The notes under the pieces were generated by a model, which saw nothing but the letters and a program-made list of their open reading frames with translations, did no database searches and was not told the DNA's origin. From Octopus sinensis (Eukaryota): a stretch of 64,000 bases of DNA. Position numbers and translations under genes: made by a program. The stretch spans positions 62,124,001-62,188,000 of the forward strand of contig NC_043002.1 in the NCBI RefSeq assembly GCF_006345805.1. Reading direction: 5' to 3'. Numbering within the stretch: the first letter of the stretch is position 1; every line of letters begins with the position of its first letter. Shown here piece after piece: positions 37,119 through 50,725 of the stretch.

Positions 37119-37669
37119 AGTGAGGGAAAAGTGCATGCCATCAATGTGACACTGGAGTAAAATATACGAAGCCCAGTATACCCATCATGATTACCTGTCT
37201 GATAAATGTACACTAGGCACATGATCACAACTATGTGTGCACGGCAAGGTGATCTCATATCAAGATAAACATCACATGACCTTTCAGTTGGGGCCCAGTT
37301 AGAACATTTTTCTGGTCGAGTAGCCCATCCCACTCAAAAGGTCCCTGAATAAAGGTTGTTTAAGGATGTTGAATGAAACACCCATGTTTCCAGATGTGAT
37401 TTATTCAAACCCCAAAGAATCCCTCTCAACACATGACTCTGATGCTCCTCAACTACATCTAATTGTGATCCGAAATGCACATATCGTCAGCCACTAAGGG
37501 ACATGCTGAACTGCCTAAGGTCAAACAGGTGACAAGTCTGTGGTATTGAGCAGAATATTTGCAGTAGCCCATATATTATACCATGACAAAACAATGTACA
37601 TGATAACACTTCAAGTCAGTTAAGATCAGAAGCTACGAGAGCTACTGCCCGGTACTGCATCAGGGCATT
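37119..37669 (-). mobile_element. TAA-embedded non-coding element, copy 3
   Basis: Homologous to 18924-19508; TTA repeats on both sides. Confidence 0.85.
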
Positions 37670-37711
37670 ATTATTTATATTTTTATTATTATAGTATTAT
37701 TATTATTATTA

Positions 37712-37741
<30 letters not shown>

Positions 37742-37744
<3 letters not shown>

Positions 37745-38470
37745 TAGTTTTATTTTTATAGCGTGCTTTCACTTCACTACCGAGCGCAGCTCTGTGTGCC
37801 TTGGGTATGTGCTGTGATTTGTTGTGATGCTCTGATTGTTATTGTATGGAAAGTGGTCTGCGTAGGATGTGTGCAGTGCCTATTAGTGCAATTTTCTGCA
37901 TGTTATATGTGTTTGTAAGTCCTGGTGTTTTTGTTATGTATTTGTCTGAATATTTTTTTATCATGCCTAATGCACCTACTATGATAGGAATTGTTTCTGT
38001 TTTTAGATTCCACATTCTGGTTACCTCTATTTCCAGGTCTTTGTATTTTGAAAGTTTCTCCATTTCTTTTAGAGACACGTTGTCATCTGCCGGTATTAAT
38101 ACATCAATTAGAAAGCATTTTTTTCTTCATGATCTCTGACAACTATATCTGGTCTGTTGGCCTTACTTTCTCTATCTGTGTGTATCGTCATATCCCAGCG
38201 TATGGTTGCTTTCTCGTTTTCTGTGACCTTTTCTGGTGTGTGCCTATACCATCTTTTTTCTGTTGTTATTCCATAATGTTGGCATAGCTTCCAGTGTATG
38301 TAGGTTCCAACTCTGTCATGTCTGTGAATATATTCCTTCTTAACCAGGACTGGGCAGCCAGAGATAATATGATTTATTATTTCTTGTCCATCTCCACATA
38401 TTCTGCAGTTACTTGTTATATTTCTTTTCATTACATGTTTTTGGTAATTTCTGGTGGGGAGGCTTTGGTC
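37742..38470 (-). mobile_element. Dong/R4-clade LINE, 5'-truncated 3' end (CCHC knuckle, PD-(D/E)XK RLE, 3' UTR)
   Basis: DQSLPTRNYQK..CRICG....E.INHIISGC..RHD..ANRPDIVV..KYKDL..IPIIVGALG..TAHILRR; (TAA)n on both sides. Confidence 0.9.
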
Positions 38471-38529
<59 letters not shown>

Positions 38530-39119
38530 TTTTTGCATCCCACTTACACCCAATCGTTGTCGGTGATTTTAACTTTGATGTTATTTAAAGTGAAATGTCA
38601 AATTTTGAGTCGGATATTCCAGTAACAACCGCAACAAAATTTTTTTTTTGCTGTAGTAACTCGTTAAACAACTTTTCCCAACATCATGCGAGATCACTGC
38701 ATTACAATATAGTTATCAGTCAATGAGGAGATAAATTACAAGAATTACTGGACATTGTCTATATTGCTCAGTCTAAAAGAAACATTAATACCATGATGTA
38801 TATAATCCATAGCACATTTTTTGAAAAATAAACATATATATAACTCGAGATTTGTCAACATACATCCGTATTTTATTTCTGCCCTTGTCAAAATTTTACT
38901 TTAATCTGTAAGTAATTTACCGAGAATTAACATCGTAAGGCGCGTAGAATAAACACAGAAAACTAAGAAGCTTTATCGTTCTTGCAGAGGTTTTAATGTT
39001 AAAATACCGTTGAGCATTATCATAAACAGAGCATTCCAACAAATGGATGGTTGAATGATGGGCTCTTTCGTCGATTGTGTCCTTAAAACGACTTGCTGTT
39101 AAACCATTTGTATGATTTA

Positions 39120-39295
39120 ATAATTCAGTTGGTTAGAATGTTGTGCCTAAGACGTCAAGAAGCTTCGATTCGAACACCGTGTGGTGCGTTGTGTTATGAT
39201 GCAAGACATTTCATTCTACCTTACTCCAGTCAATGATCTGAATGACAAACTATGCGACAGGGGCAATGTTGTAATGTCGGTCGCTTACAAACCAT
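39120..39295 (+). mobile_element. Old tRNA-derived SINE remnant (CORE/Nin-like body)
   Basis: gttggttagaatg..ttcgattc..gcaagacatttcattctaccttactccagtc. Confidence 0.4.
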
Positions 39296-39339
39296 GATAT
39301 CTCAAATTATTCCTGTGATTGACATGACCAGAGACATGA

Positions 39340-39575
39340 TGATGATGATGGTAGTGTCGGCGGTGTTAGTAGTCAATTAGTAGTGATGATGGGAATAATG
39401 ATGATGATGATGATAATGATGGTGGTAGTGGTGGTGGTAGTGGTGGTGGTGGTGGTGGTGATGATGATGGTGGCGACGACGACGACGACGACGACAATGA
39501 TGATGATGATGATGATGATGGCAACGGTGACCACATTGACGATAGTTATGACCATGCTTAACATCATGATCGTAA
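39340..39575. repeat. (GAT/GGT/GAC)n compound microsatellite
   Basis: Direct reading. Confidence 0.9.
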
Positions 39576-40149
39576 CGTGCAAAATGGCTGAATGTTCAAT
39601 AAGCAAATCGCGAGTCGAGTTAACATGCTTGCAGAAGATGCCATGAAATGTCATACACTGAGGAATACAGGATGACGAACCAAATTCCTTAACCATTCTC
39701 ACGCTATAATATATTTACCATGACTGTAATATATCGAATATTAACCTTTCTCTGATACCTTGATATCAGAGGCAAAGTCAAGGAAAGTGGGAACTGTCAA
39801 GCCAAATGAATGTTATATATATAGATAGATAGATAGATAGATAGACAGAGAGATAGATAGATAGAACCTAGATAGATAAATGATTGTGTGTATATATATA
39901 TGTGTATGTGTGTGTGTGTGCATGTATAGGGATGGCTGTATTTATGTATTAATTGTTCATATATTTGAATAAAATAGCAATAAATTGCACTGATTTGAGA
40001 TGTCTTGTATTGAACAGTTCTAGCGAGAGATGTGATTGATCAGGCAGAAATAGACATTACGAGAGAAAGTATTGAAAAATACTGTCGGAAAATATACACT
40101 AATATTAAATGGATTTGTAAAACAGAATTCTAGCTAATATTCACTGAAC

Positions 40150-40400
40150 TATATTAATGTATAACAATCTGGTATTTACGAGTAATATAATGTTATAAAT
40201 ATAATGGACAGAAATATACACGTAGGCAGTATATATGAAACAATAAAATGTTCAACGGTAAAAGGAGGAGAGACAAATCAATTGGAGACCAATTATAATT
40301 TTGAAATGAATGTAATGGAAATAAAATTCAATCCTAATATAACCAAAATGTAAAGAAATGCTATAAAAGAACCCATGGCACTGTTTTCAAAATGGTGGAT
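40150..40400 (+). pseudogene. Possible decayed PLE GIY-YIG remnant
   Basis: With frameshifts: SGIYE..C.KYNGQKY.VGSIYETIKC. Confidence 0.3.
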
Positions 40401-40688
40401 TTACTGTTCAAATATGTACAACATATGGGAATAGATTGAGGAAAACGTCGGAGAGCCAACCTTTGTCCACATACTTACACACATACACACACACGTATAT
40501 ATGTGTATAAGAATTCCATATTGTTTAAAATCAAGAACCATTTTGTTTAATTATTTTACAGGTTTCAAATCCGCCTACGTTTATGCTGCAGCGCCTTATC
40601 TTTGTGTCTCAGTTCCTTTTATCGATATCTACACCAAACGCTTATTCAGTGGGTGGATTTGGTAGACGGAAGCTGAAAGAAACCCGTC

Positions 40689-40796
<108 letters not shown>

Positions 40797-40964
40797 GATG
40801 TATGTATGTATGTATGTATGTATATATCTACATGTGTGTGTGCGCTTGTGTGGCTATGTGTGTGTGTGTGTGTGTGTAATTTATGTGGTCGTATACACAC
40901 CAACACCAGTTCTTAAACGGTAATCTCAGAAATATAGACACTTGAATAACGATACACAAAATTA

Positions 40965-41298
40965 TTTGGGGAAGGAGGCTAGTCGATTACATAGACTCCA
41001 GTGCATACGACCCCGAAAGTATGAAAGGCAAAGTCGACCTCGACAGAATTTGAACCCAGAACGTAACGACAGACGAAATACCTATTTCTTTACTACCCAC
41101 AAGTGGCTAAACACAGAGGAGACAAAAAAGGACAGACAAACGGATTAAGTCGATTACATCGATCCCAGTGCGTAACTGATACTTATTTAATCGGCTCCGA
41201 AAAGATGAACGGCAAAGTCGACCTCGGCGGAATTTGAACTCAGAACGTAAAGACAGTCGAAATACTGCTAAGCATTTCGCCCAGCGTGCTAACCGCCT
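40965..41298 (-). mobile_element. Two adjacent or nested SINE family B copies
   Basis: Two ggcaaagtcgacctcg cores near 41030 and 41215. Confidence 0.85.
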
Positions 41299-41921
41299 TA
41301 CAGTATTATCTTTCTGTTACAATTCTGTATAACTGAATTACTTAAGTCATAATCTAAAATATATCACATTGCAATCGCACATGGACACACACACACATAC
41401 ACACTGACATGCATACATTAACATTTGGAAAACGGTGAACCACGAATACTCAGGGTATTAGGCATCTGTTGCGTCATATGATTTATATAGTGACTAAGTG
41501 AGACGTGCTGTCGAAAATGACGGCTAATTGTAGTAGTTTATATATAAATATGGATGTTAAATTAAATAAATGCACCTTACATTTCATCTAGTGGTTGTCT
41601 TTTGAGATATGACATCGATCACAGTTTGTTACTGAAAGAACCCTGGTTCACACATACATTCACATAATTCCCCTTGTACTTGCACACACATACTCACATA
41701 TACTAACACAGAGTTGAAACGGTCCCACGAGGAGTTTACCATCCCCACATCACCATTTCCTTACTTATTCAAATATTAGCCCTTCCTTTCTCATTTATAT
41801 GCCGTGACGGAGAAGAACACAATAGTTTTATGACAGTAGATAGACCATACGACCCCTGCATACTCTAACGATATCTGACTCCACATTCAACATTTACACA
41901 TACACACACACACACGCAATA

Positions 41922-42095
41922 CCTATCTCTTTACTACCCACAAGGGGCTAAACACAGAGGAGACAAACAAGGTCAGACAAACGGATTAAGTCGATTATAT
42001 CGACCCCAGTGCGTAACTGGCACTTAATTTATCGACCCCGAAAGAATGAGAGGCGGAATTTGAATTCAGAACGTAACGTGAACGAAATACCTATG
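41922..42095 (-). mobile_element. SINE family B, partial
   Basis: ctttactacccacaaggggctaaacacagag..atcgaccccgaaag. Confidence 0.8.
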
Positions 42096-42144
<49 letters not shown>

Positions 42145-42905
42145 ACACACACACACACACACAAATACTCACTCACATGTTGTTCCAGCCAATAGACTGT
42201 GGAACAAATCGACCTTAGTACATATATTTAGTTTGGTACTTCTCTTATCGGTTTCTTATGCCGACGATTCGTAGAACACAAGACGAAACGCTACATAACT
42301 AGAACTGTACTGTTTTTTCCACAATTCTCTCACATTTTTATTATACTCTTTTACTCTTTTACTTGTTTCAGTCATTTGACTGTGGCCATGCTGGAGCACA
42401 CTCTATGAAGCAGATCACCATGTGATACTTGTGTGTGGCATCATACATTATTCCCACTATATTAAAATAAGAATAAAACCTAAAACTGGATAATAAATGC
42501 ACGGTTAGAATTTCAAGATACCAGCCTGAATTTTGCTTAACCGTTTTATCTCTCTTGAATATTAAAAGGAGTTACCACTCCCATGAATACAAAATATCTC
42601 ATTACTTACAACATGTGCGTTTTATGGTCATGTTTATCAAAGCGTTAGCAAGCATGTGACTACAATCGTTTTGATTTCCGATTATGTTACCCCACTTGGC
42701 GAGAATACTTTCAAATTTGATTGGCTTTGCAGAAGAAATAGAGAAAAGATCGTGGCAGTTATAAATTCGTAACCTAAAATATATCATATTGTACAATAAT
42801 TATATATATATCTATATATGTGTGTGTGTATACATATATATATATATATATAAGTATATATATATATACATACATACATATATATACGTCTATATATGTA
42901 CATAC

Positions 42906-42956
<51 letters not shown>

Positions 42957-43163
42957 ATATATATATATATATATATATAATATATATATATAATATATAT
43001 ATACAAGTACATATGTATGTGTATAAATATATAAGTATATATATTTACGTATTTGTATACAGAACACACACATATATATATATATATACATGTATGTTTA
43101 CGCACATGTACACACACGTATATATGTGTATATGTGTATGGTGTACAAAAGCTGTTCATACAT

Positions 43164-43217
<54 letters not shown>

Positions 43218-43503
43218 TTCCACAGACGTAAGCAAACCAACGAGGAATCACACACACGAAAAGTTACACATTCAGGTCATTTCTCAAACAAACTGTATAC
43301 GTTAACTTCATTTACACTTGGTTCATTTAATTATATATGTCCGTTTGTTTGTATTAATACATGTATATATATATATATATATATAATATAATATATATAT
43401 ATATGGAGAGAGAGAAGAGAGAGAGAGAGATGGTTATATGGGCGGATAGATATATTCATAGATAGATTGATTGATACAAATACATATATACACACAAAGC
43501 TTC

Positions 43504-43586
<83 letters not shown>

Positions 43587-43913
43587 AGCGTAGAATGCGT
43601 GCATACATATATGGATATTCATATGCATGTATATATAGGTCGATATCTGTGTCTGTAAATCTTGTGGTTATGTATTATATTTTTATATGGATGTCAATGT
43701 ATCTACAGGTGCGTGCACACATGCACATAAAATTATGCATACATATATATTATGTATATGTGGTGATAGATGAATACGTGGGTAAACCGGTTGTTATATT
43801 CATATAAATAAATATATATACATATGGTGTGTATGTATATAGACATGCATATACATAAGTATATATGTATGCGTATATATATATATATATATACACATAT
43901 ACCTAATTATGTG

Positions 43914-43948
<35 letters not shown>

Positions 43949-43949
43949 G

Positions 43950-44012
<63 letters not shown>

Positions 44013-45584
44013 GTATTTAAATGTGTGTGTTATGTATGTATCTATGTATGCATAAACACAATTAATTAAAATCGACGCGAGTTACATTGACTAGAAACAG
44101 AGAAGGAAAAATTGAATATGTGCATATAAGTGAAAGAGAGAGAGAGAGAGATAGAGAGAGAGAGATAGAGAGAGAGAGAGATAGAGAGAGAGAGATACAG
44201 AGAGAGGAGAGTGAATTGGGGTAGTGTGGGAGTGAGTCATTTCTCCAAGTCATTTCGCAATGTCCTATTGCTAATTAAATGTATACCTTACAGGAGAAAA
44301 TGTGACGAAGACATTAATATAATTTTTCTCTTAGGCGTAAAGCCAATTTAATATATTAATATGAAAGAAATTTTTAGGTGAGAATGTTGATCTTGGCAGA
44401 ATTTCTTATATTAACGCTATTTTATATTGGTATTGCCTTCCATCTTGTTGTGTAGCAACATAACTGTTATAAACAGTAGAGTTTATGTAAGTTTTACAGT
44501 CGTGAATTTGCCGTCGTAAATATATCTGTTCTTGCATCAGCAATCTTGGAAAGATTTAAATTAAGCCAATATCTTCATTGACCAAGATGGCTTTGTATGC
44601 ATTATCTGTCCGTATGTGTGCTTGTGTAACTCTAACAATGATGAAAGCTGTGTGTCTGAGACGCTGTTATTGCCTAACCATTGGTTATGAGTTTTAAAAA
44701 TCCATTGACATCATCGTGATAGGTTTCGGAGTGTGATACTTTATTTTGCATTGTTTCACTTCAGCTCTTTGTCAAGAATACGTTACAAAGATATTAATAA
44801 TAATCAGCTTCCGCTTCCATTTCGCTAAGATTGTTCCACTTGTTCGATAAGGTCAACTCATATACTCATTGAAATATAGTTTGTAATTCAAAATATTTTA
44901 CGCACGTTTACCTATTTAATACATTCATGTTCACAAAGTTACACAGTGACACAAAGATGAGTTTTATTTCCAGGTGAATGCAAACCTGCAGGTGCGTAAC
45001 ATCATTTTATCTGAGATATATCGGATACTCTCGGTCTGCTGGGATTGTTCCATGCATTGGAATCTGCACTGTGTCAACTCAATCGAGAAGAGACTTATAA
45101 AGAATCTTATAGACAAAGATAAGATATAACCGTATTTCATATTCAAATGTGCCAGGTAACATAATTGTATATATTAAGTATATACTGGATGTCTCTGTAA
45201 TCACGAACTGAGGCAGAAAATATTCCGAACTCGGAGGGAGCCAAATTGGCAGAAGCACTAAGTTTCTAAGCTTTTCCAGGAACATCGTAAAATGCGATCC
45301 TCGCACAAAGCGAAACCTCACCTGCGCCCCACTAGGTCAGGAATGGAACTCTCAAACGTACAGTCAAGAGTTTAACAGAATAATGTCTGTGCTATGCACT
45401 TTCATGTGTATAACAAATAAATAGACTAACATATCATCTGTCAAAAGTTGTCTCTTATTGCTCCATCTGGCAGAAGCAAGGGTCGACAGTATCAAATATA
45501 CCATTTCCTCAAGTTCGTTGGCATTGTGTCTAAATTAGAAAACCTTATTTTACATTAACCTTAAGGCCTCAATAGGAAATAAAC

Positions 45585-45800
45585 AATAATCTTTTCTAAT
45601 ATAGGCACAACGGCCGAAATTTTGGGAAAGGGAGGCAGTCCATTAGATCGACCCCAGTACGCAACACGTTCTTAATTTATTGATCCCGAAAGTAGGAAAA
45701 GCAAAGTCGACCTCGGCGAAAATTGAACTCAGAACGTAAAGATAGACGATAAACGCTAAGCATTTCGCCCGGCGTGCGAACGTTTCTGCCAGATCGCCGA
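45585..45800 (-). mobile_element. SINE family B
   Basis: ggcacaacggccgaaatttt..gcaaagtcgacctcggcgaaaattgaactcag..ttctgccagatcgcc. Confidence 0.85.
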
Positions 45801-47108
45801 GTTATAGAAATAGAAGGAAAAGAATAATAATGGTAATGGAATGATTAACATTTACGTGATTTTTTTCGGACCCCAGCCTATCAAACACAAGGTTTTTCTG
45901 ATAAACCTACCTAAATATTTTGGAACTAACGCCTCCATAATCTAATCTATGCATAGCAATCAGGAGACAAACTATTCTATTGATTATAGTAGTTAGGTTC
46001 ATGCTTATAATAACTGCAGCAACAAATGCAGTAAGGACACAGAACTACTTAATTATGGCATCCTAATTCTCAAACCTTTTAATCAAAAGAATAGATGCAT
46101 TGCTTCTAAGTTTCTTTCTGTTCCCATTTAAGTTAACTTCCTAGATCTGATCTCTGAGATGTTGTTGTGGCTTTTTTAGAAACAAAAAAATCATATTTGT
46201 TTTTTTTCTTTTTTTACTTATTTTTTTACTTATTTCGTTTTGGAGTGTACTCTTCTTGTAGTCTCTCACTTATAATACTCGATTGCCGTTTCCACAATTT
46301 CATTTTCATCAGTCATGTAACAATTATTATCTTGATGCTCCTTGGGGATAAATAAAGGCGTTTTCCTGATATTCTCCAATAGTTTGACTGTCAAATACGT
46401 ATTTTCTTTCTATAGATGTTGAACACGAAAATCCTCAGTAAATAAATTCTACTGATTAATCTTTTTTACATATATCGTACTTTTTAGTCCATTTTCAAAA
46501 ATGCCATTCAAATAACCATTAAAATAATACCTCCACAACACAACACTATGCTCTGTCTTTGAAGAACAGTGTTAAGAACGACGGTAAGATAAGCTAAAAT
46601 ATTTCTATCAGACGAACAATTCATTATATGTTTAGTGTGACTCGAGCAAATATTCGGAATATGAGCTGTAATGTTACTTGTAATGAAATGTAACAGTGTG
46701 TTGCAAAAGCTCCTAATTACAGTGAAACATTCACTCGAACATTGCTATCCATTATTACCTCACGATTGAGAAATAACATTTTCATACACGACTAAAGCAT
46801 GTTATTATATCTTACATCTTCCTTCGCAACAGTTTTCATTTTATTTTTTTGTTATACACGTGTAACACTTCGCGTCGGTTCGAGCACATGAGGCGTTTTG
46901 GTAGGGCCATATTGACGGTGCATATCCGGCATCCTTAATAAGACGCTGACATATTTTGATGGCTGATCCTATAATGTTTCTACAGTTGCATGTTTCTCCC
47001 AGCCCTCTCCCTCCTATTCATATATGTCTTTCAACTGAACATTTCAACACTTCAAGGCGATATTATAGCATGGACGCAATCCAATGAACGAAATACAAAA
47101 CAGATCAT

Positions 47109-47193
<85 letters not shown>

Positions 47194-47318
47194 TATATAT
47201 ACATACATGTATGTATGTGTGTATGATTATACGCATATACACATATATATATAAACACACATATGCATAATTATACACACGTACATATGTATATATATTT
47301 ATATATCCATATATATAC

Positions 47319-47367
<49 letters not shown>

Positions 47368-47369
47368 TA

Positions 47370-47409
<40 letters not shown>

Positions 47410-47715
47410 TGTACATATATATATACATACGTAAGCATAAATACGTTTGTCTATGTGTGTGCCTACAAGCTTATATGCATGCATATCTCAGTATGAATGT
47501 GTGTCCCCATATGTATGTATATATATCTATATAAATATATATATATATATGTGTGTGTGTGTGTATTGTGTGTGTGTGTGTGTGTGTGTGTGTTGTGTGT
47601 GTGTGTGTGTGTGTGTTTGTGCGCACGTGTTTAAATTTGTGTGTGTTAGAAGGGTGGATAACCAAGAAAAATAATTGGCTAAATAGAGAAATCAAAATAT
47701 ACATAAATAGATATT

Positions 47716-47842
47716 ATGCCACTGAACACATTGATGTTCATGAGAAGTCGGCGCAATCAGTTTCTAAGAATGTCAACGGTTCAGTGATCAAACTAACTGA
47801 AATTCAAGGTTTCCAAACGGAAGCTATGAATATCGTTTCCGG
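47716..47842 (+). other. Candidate exon of an unidentified gene
   Basis: Single open frame YYATEHIDVHEKSAQSVSKNVNGSVIKLTEIQGFQTEAMNIVSG ending at a CGG|GTAAGT donor; weak acceptor; protein not recognised. Confidence 0.3.
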
Positions 47843-47945
47843 GTAAGTCGTAAAGTTTTAGACTACAAACGGACATAAGACGCTATAAAATTCCGTTCAT
47901 TAGCAACATAGGGGTTCTGTTTACCATTGCATATATGTATGTATG

Positions 47946-48000
<55 letters not shown>

Positions 48001-48539
48001 CATATATATATACATATATATATATATATACATATATATATACATATATATACATATATATACATATATATATACATATATTTATATACATATATTTATA
48101 TATACATATATATATATATACATATATATATACATGTATTTATATACATACATATATATATATATACCTACATACATACATACGTATATTTATCTATATG
48201 CATGTTTGAATACATTATATATATATATATATATATATGCACTTATATATACACTCACACATACACCACACAAACACTCACGCACGCACCAATGATGTCT
48301 TGCATATCTTTAATATATTCCGGTACATTCAAACGCAGATACGCTAGTCATTTACATGTACGTCTCATGAGTACAATGGATTCATAAGACATATGCAAAT
48401 CTGCGTGTAAGATCGTAGTGTGCACAATATAAATGACTTATTTTATCGGTTTGCTGGTTTAAGTAATGTTCGGTAATCATTTTTTCGCTAAAATTAGGAA
48501 TAAGGCCATTAGGTTGTTTAGACCTCAAACTTCCAAGTA

Positions 48540-48590
48540 ACTGTGGCTGATGTGACACATTATATCGAAACACCGGTGTCGTGTTATAAA
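48540..48590 (+). ncRNA. Degenerate hammerhead motif
   Basis: CUGAUGU (A9U) ... UC-GAAAC-ACCGGU-GUC; palindromic stem III ACACCGGUGU; stem I poor. Confidence 0.4.
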
Positions 48591-48709
48591 AGAGAGAATT
48601 TCTGTGACATACATAACAACGACTAGCATATGTGTGTTTGACGATGCTGGAACGCATAGAGAAGCAAACCTACGTTTTTGACTTCGCTGTATAGAATGTA
48701 AATGGCAAT

Positions 48710-48778
<69 letters not shown>

Positions 48779-49424
48779 ACACGTACGCACGAACACACAC
48801 ATATATATATTTGCAAATAGTAAGGGATTACTCCAAACGTTTACGGTTAGGTCTCAGGTATTCCAAATATGTTATTCAACAGTTTATATATAAATGCAAT
48901 AATATTCTCATAAGATAAGAATTTAGAGATATATACTGTAGGATAATTCTAAATATATTACCTTAACTATATAGGTTTCCTGGAGTATGTGATAATAATG
49001 TTAAGGATCATTACGATGTGGCTTAGCATTACATTTAATTCTATTTATATGTATACAGCGTTACTTTAACCTACACATGTTTCAGCTGCACCGATTAGTA
49101 ACCGTTGCTATTGCAACTTTGCTATAATACGGGTGCACAGACACATACACACACATATCTGTGTGTGTGTTTGTATTTGTGCTTCATCACTGTTGATTCG
49201 GTAATCAAGTATGACTATAGCTCACTAAATACTGTGTCTCATAGCATTTCATGTTTTTGCCTCATGCCAGCGACTTACACAACTGGTTGCAGATTCGACC
49301 TCCATAAACTTTCTTCTGACAACCAGCGCATGGGAAGATGGCTCCAGCAAGAAATTCCTTGCATATTGTGACATGTCTTTTCTTCGTGACCTCTTGGGTA
49401 GCTTATACGCACGCACGCGTTCAC

Positions 49425-50135
49425 TCATATACACACACGCATGCACATATGTATGTATAGATGTGTGTGTATGTGTGTGTGTGTGTTAGTATATATATTG
49501 TTGAGTGGGCTGTGTGTAGAGATGTAGGGAAGGGTTTTTAATTGTTCTTTCTTTTTTGGTTTTGTTTGTCTCAGATCTTCTATACTTAATTTGAGTGCCC
49601 TTTGGATTGCACTGTCTATTAGGGGTTGTGGATAGTTTCTATTTGTGAGTGTGGTTCTAAGTTCCTGGAGACATGTGTGTCGGGTGTTTGTGTCTGATAT
49701 TATGGTGCAGATCCTTCTAGCTAAACAAAAAGGGACATTTATTCTAGTGTGTCGTGGGTGGCATGAATCAAAGGGTAGGTATTGTTTGGAGTCTGTCGGT
49801 TTATAGTAGATATCTGTCTCTATTTTGTTGCCGGTTTTCTTAATGAGGATGTCTAAAAATGGTAATTCTTCTTCGTTATGATCCATCGTGAATTGTATAT
49901 TATCATTTATTCCATTTAATAGTATCTTAAATTCCTCAAGTTTCTCTATACTTTTGTCCCAGAAGATGAAACAGTCATCGAGGTATCTTTTCCAGTTGTT
50001 CTGGATATAGGTGGAGAAGGTGTTTCCAAATTTCTCGAGTGTTATCTGGTAGAGTATTATCTCGAGGTATCCCATCACTAGGTTGGCAAAAGATGGTGCA
50101 GTACGCGGGCCCATCGCTGTTCCCGATCTTTATAT
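49425..50135 (-). pseudogene. Penelope-like element reverse transcriptase fragment (C-terminal RT and thumb)
   Basis: G.AMGPRTAPSFANLVMG..WKRYLDDCFIFW..LPFLDILI..YYKPTD..YL.FDSCHP..LARRICTI; bounded by (CA)n on both sides. Confidence 0.9.
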
Positions 50136-50502
50136 GTATGTGTGCGTGTATATGTGTATGTGGTGCGTGAGTGTGTGTGCGTGTGTGTATCATTCTCTAA
50201 CAAGATTATTCTTCGAAGTTTTGGTCAGCTAAGCCAACTGCTTACTGTAACGCACCCAAGTTCATATTGATTTTACATATTCACTGATCAGTTCAAAAGG
50301 CTTCTTGGATTCTGTTTGGCTGTATGGCAGGTTGTGGTGGTAAGATGGTGTGGAAACTTATATTATGAACTATGCAGAAGCACTAACTGTTAGTATTTAC
50401 TTAGGTATATAGAACTTACTATTGGGGCATATCTTAATATGGTGTAATATTTGTTTCTATTTTATCATCAAAACGAACATTAATACTATATATATATATA
50501 TA

Positions 50503-50708
50503 GTTAATCCAAGCAAGAAAACACAAAAAAAAACACAACTACGCGAGGACGTGGAACAAATAAAATATTATTGGACGCTCAGGAAAGAAGGGAAGAAGGA
50601 GGGTTTAACGTTTCGAGCGGAGCTCTTCGTCGAAAATATAGGAGAAGGAAATATCCCGAGAAGGGAAGACAGAGGAAAAAAATCGCCAGCGGTACTCACG
50701 AGGTCACA
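50503..50708 (-). mobile_element. PLE-type terminal repeat fragment with minimal hammerhead variant (50600-50636)
   Basis: Minus: uuu-UCGACGA-A-GAGC UCC GCUC-GAAACGUU-aaa; same family as 13795-14010; ends in (TA)n. Confidence 0.6.
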
Positions 50709-50725
50709 TATATAATATATATATA

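Noticed and set aside
42255-42300. CCGACGA...GAAACGCUA hammerhead-like motif
   Set aside because: U4C change, no 10.1-11.1 pair and a non-palindromic stem III; too degenerate to call.
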